Positions 8,418 through 15,342 of a DNA stretch of 64,000 nt are shown one piece after another. Under the pieces are notes generated by a model. It saw only the letters and a list, made by a program, of their open reading frames with translations. It made no database searches and was not told the DNA's origin. The stretch's first letter is position 1; every line of letters begins with the position of its first letter. Position numbers and translations under genes: made by a program. This DNA is from Acidimicrobiaceae bacterium (lineage in GTDB: Bacteria; Actinomycetota; Acidimicrobiia; Acidimicrobiales; JACDCH01), in the NCBI GenBank assembly GCA_041166745.1, contig JBEEGH010000002.1:151837-215836 (forward strand). The letters are read 5' to 3'.

Positions 8418-9035
8418 TCAGGGTGAGCTGGAGGACTCCGTCGATTCGCTCGAGTCCGTCGATGACAACTCGTCCGCCGATGACTCGTCGTCCGTCGTGC
8501 CGTTCGACTTGGACTTGTCCTTCCCCTTGTCGCCGGGAGCCTCGGAGCTCTCACTGGCGTCATCGTCGGACTCCGGCGCCTCGGACTCCGGCGCCTCGGA
8601 CTCCGGCGCATCGGACGCATCGGATCCGTCACTCCCGCCGATGGACTGCACCGGCTTCCCGCACGGCGACTGCCCGGCCGTCGGATCGTCCTTGTGTGTG
8701 CGGACGTACTCGCCATGGTTCTTGTACGGGCCCTCTGGACACGCGGTCGGGTCGTTGTATCGGTCGTGGCCCGCGGGCACGTTCACCCCGACCCGATCGA
8801 GGACTTCCTGGGCCTTGTCCTGCAACGAGGCCGGCAATGCTCCGGCCGATGCCAACCCCAGGCTGCCGACGAAGAACCCCACCACGGCGGCGCCGGCGAT
8901 CTTCGTGCGGGTGCGGCGGCGATGGACCGACCGTTGCTCGGTGCTGATGGTGGTCTCGACCTGCCGGGTGAGATCCGCATCCAAGGGTTGCGCACCGAAC
9001 CGTTGCAGGCGATCAGCTACGTCACGTTCGTCCAT
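8418..9035 (-). CDS. Single-pass membrane protein with an acidic Ser/Asp/Glu-rich extracytoplasmic tail, 21 nt upstream of the ECF sigma gene
   Basis: I chose the internal ATG at 9035 (MDERDVADRLQRFG...). The TM segment is IAGAAVVGFFVGSLGLASAGAL. The tail contains DAPESEAPESEAPES. The tracked N-terminal extension overlaps the neighbouring gene and looks spurious. Confidence 0.55.
   Translation of the reverse strand: MDERDVADRLQRFGAQPLDADLTRQVETTISTEQRSVHRRRTRTKIAGAAVVGFFVGSLGLASAGALPASLQDKAQEVLDRVGVNVPAGHDRYNDPTACPEGPYKNHGEYVRTHKDDPTAGQSPCGKPVQSIGGSDGSDASDAPESEAPESEAPESDDDASESSEAPGDKGKDKSKSNGTTDDESSADELSSTDSSESTESSSSP
8566..8610. repeat. Three tandem 15-bp in-frame repeats (tcggactccggcgcc)
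   Basis: Read directly. Units lie at 8566-8580, 8581-8595 and 8596-8610, and the last differs at 1 nt. They encode the SEAPE repeats of CDS 8418..9035. Confidence 0.85.
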
Positions 9036-9093
9036 GTCTCTATCAACGACCGAGTGCCGCCTCAGGGTACGGGGTAGCGACAAATGCGATAGG

Positions 9094-10827
9094 TCAGCCA
9101 GAGCCTTGCCGTGCTTGGCCCAGAAACTCCAACGCAACGGCGTCGTCGGGTGACACAGCCAGCGCGCGCTCGAACCAACCGACCGCCTCTGCGGAATGGC
9201 CACGCTGGAACTCGACCAGCCCGAGGCCGGAGAGCGCGCGCGGGCTGAACGGGTCAAGCGCGAGACACCGCTGAAACGTTCGCTGCGCTCCGTCGAGATC
9301 GCCGGCAATGAGCTGGATGTACCCACCGCCGGCGACGGTGCCGGGGTCTCGATCGTCCCGTGCGACCGCTTCCGCCGCCCAGCGCTCCGACGCCGCGATC
9401 CGTTCATCCAATGACGCATGCTCGAGTGCAAGTGACGCAGTAGCCGCGTATTGCGCGCGACCGGGCCAGTGTGGGAGCGCGTCTGCGGCTCGAATCCGCT
9501 CCGACGTGTCGCCCCCCGCTCCGCGATAGGCGTGCCACATCCCCACCAAAACAACCGCGCTGACAGCGACGCCGAGTGCCAGGAACACGCCGCGTATCGA
9601 ACGCGACAGCACGGGTCGTGGCACAGACCTCGCTCCCGCCGCTCCCAACGCGAGTACCGCCAGTGCGGTCACCGTTACATCCTGAGGTTGGATGAGTTGC
9701 ACTACCCCCACACAAGCCGCAAACCCGAGCAGCGGGCCTCGCGCTGCTCGAGCCGCAAGAAACAACCATCCGCCGAGCGCGGCCACGCCGACCAGGCCGG
9801 TAGTCACCGCCCAATGAAGGGGCCAGTCGTGCGCATCGACGAAGTACTTGTCCGGGTACGCGCGGCCCAACTCCAGCGTCCGGGTCGGTGATGTCGCGGC
9901 GACGTATCGGCTCGGCCCCCACCCGAGCACCGGCCGGTCGGCGATGGCGTCGATGGCACCGACGTAGTTCTCGATCCGTGGGTTCTGCCCAACGGCTCCA
10001 ACGAGTCGGCTGGTCGCGGTCGACCGCGTCGTCGCGACGGTCCCCAGTACAGCTCCGCTGACCAGGCCCACGACAATGCACGCCTCGACGATCGCTCGAG
10101 TTCGAACATGCAGTCCTCTTGAGACAACGAGCCCGACGATCAAACAGAGAAGCAGCGGCACTCGCTCACCGGAGACTTCGATCGCGGCCGAGACGAGCAC
10201 GAGCGCAGCAAGCATCCAAGCTTGGCCCGCCACGGCACGCGCCGCCACGAGCCAGAGGCCGCCGAGCAAAAAGGCTCCAAGGAGGACCGGCTGACCGAGG
10301 AGCCCAGTGGACTGGCTTCCAAAGCCGATCGCCCCGAATCGCGTGAGATCGGCGAAGACCTGGAGGAGCGCGACCGCGGCATTGGCCAGCGTTCCGACGA
10401 CGAGGGCCCGCTCTATCGTCTGCGCTCCGTCGGCACCGGCGGACCTACCGATGGCCCACATGCCGGCCATGGCGAAGACAAACAGCAGACCCGTTCCCCA
10501 GTACTCATTGCCCCAGAACGACATGGCCGGGTTGTCGCTCAGCAGCGTGCTCAATGACGCGACGGCGACGAACGAAAGAGCCGCCAGGGCTGTCCTGCGA
10601 GCCGGTGTGGGCACGAGGGCGAGGAGCATCGGTAGACCGACCGCGGCCTCGACGGCGAGCAGCGCGTAGCGACCACCCCACGTAGGCAAGTCGGTCACCC
10701 GGACCACGAGTAGCGGCAGCACCAACGCAAAACCGCCGGCCGCGAGGCCGGCGGTTCCGCGAGGTATCCACGCCAGTGAACGACGAACCGGGTGAAGCCC
10801 AGCCTCGGACTCCACCCGGTCAGTCAC
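9094..10827 (-). CDS. O-antigen ligase (Wzy_C) family membrane protein with C-terminal TPR repeats; candidate pilin O-glycosylase (TfpO/PglL-like position)
   Basis: 577 aa and polytopic. Wzy_C-like hallmarks are SGERVPLLL, PRIENYVGAIDAIADRPVLGWGPSRY and DAHDWPLHWAVTTGLVGVAAL. The TPR-like C-terminus is FQRCLALDPFSPRALSGLGLVEFQRGHSAEAVGWFERALAVSPDD. It begins 29 nt downstream of the pilin gene. Confidence 0.75.
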   Translation of the reverse strand: MTDRVESEAGLHPVRRSLAWIPRGTAGLAAGGFALVLPLLVVRVTDLPTWGGRYALLAVEAAVGLPMLLALVPTPARRTALAALSFVAVASLSTLLSDNPAMSFWGNEYWGTGLLFVFAMAGMWAIGRSAGADGAQTIERALVVGTLANAAVALLQVFADLTRFGAIGFGSQSTGLLGQPVLLGAFLLGGLWLVAARAVAGQAWMLAALVLVSAAIEVSGERVPLLLCLIVGLVVSRGLHVRTRAIVEACIVVGLVSGAVLGTVATTRSTATSRLVGAVGQNPRIENYVGAIDAIADRPVLGWGPSRYVAATSPTRTLELGRAYPDKYFVDAHDWPLHWAVTTGLVGVAALGGWLFLAARAARGPLLGFAACVGVVQLIQPQDVTVTALAVLALGAAGARSVPRPVLSRSIRGVFLALGVAVSAVVLVGMWHAYRGAGGDTSERIRAADALPHWPGRAQYAATASLALEHASLDERIAASERWAAEAVARDDRDPGTVAGGGYIQLIAGDLDGAQRTFQRCLALDPFSPRALSGLGLVEFQRGHSAEAVGWFERALAVSPDDAVALEFLGQARQGSG

Positions 10828-10855
10828 AATCGCCAGGACAATTGCCGCCCTTGGA

Positions 10856-11209
10856 TCAGGTGCAGGGAGCGACTGCGCTGATCGAGTACGTGGCGGTATT
10901 GCCGCTACCGGACACCGCGACGTTGTGCAGTGTCGACTCCTGGGCCAGGTACTTCGGAACGAGGCTGGCCTCGGCGACGTACGTGGTGTTCTGCGCGTAA
11001 TAGGCCTCTTCTGCGGTCTGAAGTGTCCGCTTATCCGCCTGGCACGCGCTGGTCTGGCCCTTGTCCTGAATGCCGCCGACGGCGATCACCACGACTACGG
11101 CAAGGATGGCGAGGATGACGATCACAACGAGCAATTCGATGAGCGTGAAGCCGCCATCGCCGTGCCCGCCGCGCTTCTCCTCGTAACGCTCTTTCATGAG
11201 GTGCTTCAT
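10856..11209 (-). CDS. pilA: Type IV (major) pilin with prepilin-type N-terminal cleavage/methylation motif
   Basis: I chose the internal ATG at 11209. Sequence is MKHLMKERYEEKRGGHGDGG|FTLIELLVVIVILAILAVVVVIAVGG, with Glu at +5. Two Cys (SACQ and C-terminal APCT) could form a D-region disulfide. The mature protein is about 97 aa. The 5' 146 codons of the tracked ORF are junk. Confidence 0.85.
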   Translation of the reverse strand: MKHLMKERYEEKRGGHGDGGFTLIELLVVIVILAILAVVVVIAVGGIQDKGQTSACQADKRTLQTAEEAYYAQNTTYVAEASLVPKYLAQESTLHNVAVSGSGNTATYSISAVAPCT

Positions 11210-11285
11210 CGCTGGTTGTTGCCTTTCGTATGGGTAGTTGTATTGGTGGTCGTTCCTGCTGTTCGGGTGCCACCCCACCCGAGAT

Positions 11286-12689
11286 CTATGGACATGCTGG
11301 TAGCGGTAACGACGCGTCAGCCGCCTTGGTACACGTTCGCCACACCTGCACGACCATGGTCGGCGGCGCGGTGTCGTTACGGATCTCGGCTCGCGCGTCC
11401 GCGGCGACGTCGCCTTCGCCGGTGCTCGCCGCGGTAGCGGTGAGCAACACGGTCCTGGCGTGCACTGCGGTGTCGACGGTGATCGCGAGACCACTACCGA
11501 CATTGCTGGCTTGGAGGGCAATGTTGCGCCCGACCACTCCGTTCTGGAGCTGGGCGATCGTTCCGCTCGACGCGAAGAGGTTGATGTCCGCGTTCGGCGC
11601 GTAGACGAGCCCGTGCGAGGAAAAGCCGGCCCCACCAGTGGTGACATTCAGCAACAGCGTCCCAACGGTTTCCTGGAGGTAGCCGCCGCCAGTGGCAGGC
11701 ACGGCAAGCACGCTGATTCCGCCCGTCGACGTGTCGCCCGAGGCCGGCACCCGGGAGAAGAGTTCGACCCCCGTGTTGTTCTTCACCTCGATCGCCGAGT
11801 TGCCGCCGAAGATGAACTCAACACCGGAGCCCGTCGCGCCCGTTCCATTGGCGTCTGACACGGCCGAACACGCGCCGGGAAGACCCGGAACCTCATACCC
11901 AGGGGTCTGCGGCGTGCCGCCGATCACTTTCGTGTTGTTGTCGACGGTCCATAGACCGATGTTCTCGAAGTAGTACACGCCACTGACGAAGAAGTTGTCG
12001 TTGCCAAGCGTCGGTGCGGTCGTGTACTTGCCCGGCGAGAACACCTTGCAGCCTCCGACAGGAAGCGCGGGCGGGTCGATCACCACCGGCACCGCGGGCA
12101 AGACATGCGCCGGATCAGGAGCCGCAGTTGTCGTGCACTGCCAGCCGTACGGCGGAGTCGGGCTGATGCTCAACCCGCCGGGGGCCGATTTTCCCGCACA
12201 ACTCGAGTACTTGTCGACGACGTTGCCGTTCTTCACGATCAGGTTGCCGCCGCCCTGCACGGAGATGTCTCCGGTCGCGAATACCGGGCCGGTGATGGTG
12301 GGATCGCCGCCACTCTGCTTGGACAACGTTCCGGTGGCGATCACGGCCCATCCCGACGCGCCCAAGTCGGTGCCGAACGTAGGCGTGCACTTCAGCGTGA
12401 CATCGCGTCCGTTGAAGGTCGGCACGTTGGCGATCGTCGTCGGCCCACCTGCCGCGCTACAGATGGTTGGATCGAGCTTGAGCTTCTGAATCCCCCATTC
12501 GAGCGCGGCGTCCGCGGCGTACATCCGGTCGCCACGGCTCTTGACGATTCGCGTGGTCCGGAAGTTGGCGTCGACCTGACCGAGCAGGGCGAAGATCACG
12601 ATCGACATGAGGAACAGGAAGGCGAGGGCCATCACCATCACCATTCCCTCATCCCCCGCGGCGCGCTTGTGTCGTGCGAAGCGGGTCAT
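11286..12689 (-). CDS. PilX-like pilus-associated protein (hydrophobic N-terminus, large beta-rich body)
   Basis: I chose the internal ATG at 12689, which overlaps the upstream stop by 1 nt (TGATG). Sequence reads MTRFARHKRAAGDEGMVMVMALAFLFLMSIVIFALLGQVDANFRTTRIVKSRGDRMYAADAALEWGIQKL, a PilX_N-like N-terminus. It sits within the minor-pilin block. Confidence 0.6.
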   Translation of the reverse strand: MTRFARHKRAAGDEGMVMVMALAFLFLMSIVIFALLGQVDANFRTTRIVKSRGDRMYAADAALEWGIQKLKLDPTICSAAGGPTTIANVPTFNGRDVTLKCTPTFGTDLGASGWAVIATGTLSKQSGGDPTITGPVFATGDISVQGGGNLIVKNGNVVDKYSSCAGKSAPGGLSISPTPPYGWQCTTTAAPDPAHVLPAVPVVIDPPALPVGGCKVFSPGKYTTAPTLGNDNFFVSGVYYFENIGLWTVDNNTKVIGGTPQTPGYEVPGLPGACSAVSDANGTGATGSGVEFIFGGNSAIEVKNNTGVELFSRVPASGDTSTGGISVLAVPATGGGYLQETVGTLLLNVTTGGAGFSSHGLVYAPNADINLFASSGTIAQLQNGVVGRNIALQASNVGSGLAITVDTAVHARTVLLTATAASTGEGDVAADARAEIRNDTAPPTMVVQVWRTCTKAADASLPLPACP

Positions 12690-13666
12690 CAGTTCACCTG
12701 CAGACTGAAAGAACCGAGGGTCGTCGCGCCGCGTTGGATAGTCACGGTGTGAGGGCCCGTGCTCCACGAGGTGTTGTCGTTGGGGATGGTCGCTTTCCAA
12801 GTTCCCGTCGGGGACTCGATCATCGCGATTGGCGATGCAGCGCTGTTTTTCGGTGTGTAGTTGATGGTGAGTCCAGCACAGGAGCCGGACGTCAACGCCG
12901 TCACGACTACCGCATTGTCCAGCTTCCCGCCGCTGGTCGTAACTGGATTTGGGACGCCGCTTGGGTTGTTCGAGCCAGAGATCGTGCACGGAAGCGTGGT
13001 TGTCGTGGTCGAGCCGGTCGTCGTCGTGGTCGCACCGGTCGTCGTAGTGGTCACGCCGGTGGTCGTCGTCGATATAGCGAGCGCCGCCAGCGTCGTGCCC
13101 GTTCGACCGTTGTTGTCGTACGTCACGGTCTGACCAGTGCTCAAATGAATCAGGAGGCTTATCGAGAGTCGTCCGGTGCACGTCGGAAATCCCGGGCAAT
13201 CCAGCGTCGCTACGGCGGCGTTCGCGGTGTTCTCCAACGTGTTGGCGAGCACGATTCGGGAGGGAGCTCCGCCGGTGACGCACTGGTAGCGCACCAGATC
13301 CTTGGTCTCTCCGTCCTGTTCGAGGCGGTAGTTCGCTACTTGCGCGCTGTCGGCTGACGTCTTCGCGTACGGCAGCTTGAGCACGTTGGTGCCCAGCGAT
13401 GCCCCACCGCACGGATTCACAGTCGCAGGGGTCGTATCAAATCCCGATATGGCGGCACTCGCCGCGTCAACGGGAAGCCACGTGCCAACGAGCTGTGTGT
13501 CGTGGGAAGCGGCCAAGCGAGCCGCTGTCTCGTCCTGGGTCTTGAACGTGACGATCAGCACCGCGCTGAGCGCGATGACGACGATCGAACCGATCGAGAT
13601 CACCGCGAGCAATTCGATCAGTGTGAACCCCTGATCGGATCGCAGGTCTGCGCGACGCATCGTCAT
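12689..13666 (-). CDS. Prepilin-type minor pilin with a poly-Thr linker and an extra C-terminal domain
   Basis: ATG at 13666 overlaps the upstream stop (ATGA). The N-terminus is MTMRRADLRSDQG|FTLIELLAVISIGSIVVIAL. The internal linker is TTTTGVTTTTTGATTTTTGSTTTTT, encoded by 21-bp-periodic repeats at about 12995-13072. Confidence 0.75.
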   Translation of the reverse strand: MTMRRADLRSDQGFTLIELLAVISIGSIVVIALSAVLIVTFKTQDETAARLAASHDTQLVGTWLPVDAASAAISGFDTTPATVNPCGGASLGTNVLKLPYAKTSADSAQVANYRLEQDGETKDLVRYQCVTGGAPSRIVLANTLENTANAAVATLDCPGFPTCTGRLSISLLIHLSTGQTVTYDNNGRTGTTLAALAISTTTTGVTTTTTGATTTTTGSTTTTTLPCTISGSNNPSGVPNPVTTSGGKLDNAVVVTALTSGSCAGLTINYTPKNSAASPIAMIESPTGTWKATIPNDNTSWSTGPHTVTIQRGATTLGSFSLQVN

Positions 13667-14124
13667 TCCTTCACGAACGCGAGCGTCTGATCGGCTCGCG
13701 AACCGGGGCTGGTCACCGTGATGGTGATCTGTTGGAGCGCAAGGTTGCCGTGGGCGGCGTCGTCGTAACACGTCGCTCCGAACGCAGATCCGTCCCAATA
13801 CTTGACGTCGGTGATCTGCACTGACGAGGCCGGCCAGCTCAGCGCCAACGCCGCCGACTGTGCTGCCGTCACGTACGTGGCCTGGGAAGTCGTTGCGCAA
13901 TTCACGTGCACGACTCCAACCGGGTCCTTCACCTTCTCGACTGCGGAGTCGACAACGCTCTCGACCTTGGCCTGCTGGTTGTGGCGATCCGAGCCGGCGA
14001 TCGACGCGGCGAGCGCGCTCACCAGGGTCACGATCGATATCCCGAGAATCACGATCGCGACCAGAACTTCGATGAGGCTGAAGCCAGCATCGCCGAACGC
14101 CCCGTCGGAGGGCTCAGGGGTCAC
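13663..14124 (-). CDS. Prepilin-type minor pilin / pseudopilin
   Basis: 153 aa. The N-terminus is MTPEPSDGAFGDAG|FSLIEVLVAIVILGISIVTLV. It overlaps the pilC stop by 4 nt. Confidence 0.8.
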   Translation of the reverse strand: MTPEPSDGAFGDAGFSLIEVLVAIVILGISIVTLVSALAASIAGSDRHNQQAKVESVVDSAVEKVKDPVGVVHVNCATTSQATYVTAAQSAALALSWPASSVQITDVKYWDGSAFGATCYDDAAHGNLALQQITITVTSPGSRADQTLAFVKE

Positions 14125-15326
14125 ACGTTCACCTGGTTGTAGATGCCATACATGGCGGAGACCATGGCGATGGCAACGAATCCGACGACGACACCGATGA
14201 AGATGATGACGGCGGGCTCGAACAACGCAGTGAAGCGCTTGATCTTGTAGTCGAGTTCACGGTCGAAGAACGTCGCTGCGGTCGCGAGTTGTTGGTCGAG
14301 GGTGCCGGTCTCCTCACCCACTCGGAACATCTGGCGAGCCGATGACGGAAAGAGGTTGGTTGCGTTGAGCGGCTGCGCGAGCCCCCCACCTCGCATCATC
14401 TCGTCGCGCGCCGACATGATTCCATCGCGGAACACCGCGTTGTTCGTGGCGTCAGCCGTGATGGCCAGGGCTTCGGGCACGGCGACGCCGGCAACCAGCA
14501 TCGAACCGAAGATGCGACAGAAGCGCTCGACGATCGCGTGACGCATGAGGTCGCCCGCGGCCGGCAACCGCAGGATGATGGCGTCGCGCTTGCCCCGGCC
14601 GTTCGGCGTCCGGAAGTACGCCGTCAACCCGATGAGCCCACCGCCAAAGATGATCGCCACCAGCCATCCCCAACGGCCGGTGAACCGGGAAACAGACAGG
14701 AGCATGCGCGTCGCGAGCGGCAGCTTGGCGTGAAAGTCCTCAAAAAAGGTCTCGAAGCGCGGCAGCACGAAAACCGTGAGCACGATGACGACGACGATCG
14801 CCATTCCGAGTACCACGGCCGGGTACACGAGTGCGGCCTTGACCTTCTGACGCACGTCGATGTCGCGATCGAGGTAGTCCGCGAGCTCGTCGAGCACGAC
14901 ATCGAGGTTGCCGGTGACCTCAGCCGACCGGAGAATCCCCAAGTAGAACGGCGGAAAGATCTCCGGATGGCGCGCAGCGGCAGCCGTGAAGGTCGAGCCG
15001 CCGCGCAGCTGCTCGATGATCTCCTCCAACGCTGGTTTGAACAGCTTGTCTGACATCTCCGACGAGATCGCGTCGAGGGCGCTCACGATGGGGATGCCCG
15101 CTCGCATGAACACGCCGAGCTGACGGCTGAAGTGCATCAGGTCTCGGGGCTTGACCTTCTTCTTGGTGATCTCGTACTTCAGGACGCTCCGCTTCGGATG
15201 CACCTCGATCGGCAGGAGATCGCGCTCCGCCAGAACGTTGTGCACGTCGCCGATCGAGAGCTGGTCTTCGATGCCCGCGATCCGAGTGCCGTCCGGCGCA
15301 AGAGCGGTGAACTGAAACTTCGGCAT
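14121..15326 (-). CDS. pilC: Type IV pilus platform protein PilC (GspF family)
   Basis: I chose the internal ATG at 15326. Sequence reads MPKFQFTALAPDGTRIAGIEDQLSIGDVHNVLAERDLLPIEV. It has two T2SSF repeats (HFSRQLGVFMRAGIPIVSALD and CRIFGSMLVAGVAVPEALA) and three TM segments. Confidence 0.9.
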   Translation of the reverse strand: MPKFQFTALAPDGTRIAGIEDQLSIGDVHNVLAERDLLPIEVHPKRSVLKYEITKKKVKPRDLMHFSRQLGVFMRAGIPIVSALDAISSEMSDKLFKPALEEIIEQLRGGSTFTAAAARHPEIFPPFYLGILRSAEVTGNLDVVLDELADYLDRDIDVRQKVKAALVYPAVVLGMAIVVVIVLTVFVLPRFETFFEDFHAKLPLATRMLLSVSRFTGRWGWLVAIIFGGGLIGLTAYFRTPNGRGKRDAIILRLPAAGDLMRHAIVERFCRIFGSMLVAGVAVPEALAITADATNNAVFRDGIMSARDEMMRGGGLAQPLNATNLFPSSARQMFRVGEETGTLDQQLATAATFFDRELDYKIKRFTALFEPAVIIFIGVVVGFVAIAMVSAMYGIYNQVNV

Positions 15327-15342
15327 GATGTTGCCTTTCGCC

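Noticed and set aside
11256-11271. Sigma-54-like promoter (TGGCAC-N5-CAGCA, with correct GG-N10-GC spacing) on the minus strand about 50 nt upstream of the pilin ATG.
   Set aside because: The -12 box is CAGC rather than TTGC. No sigma-54 or enhancer-binding protein is encoded in the window. The inferred lineage (Actinobacteria-like) generally lacks RpoN. A single 16-nt match in GC-rich DNA is weak evidence.
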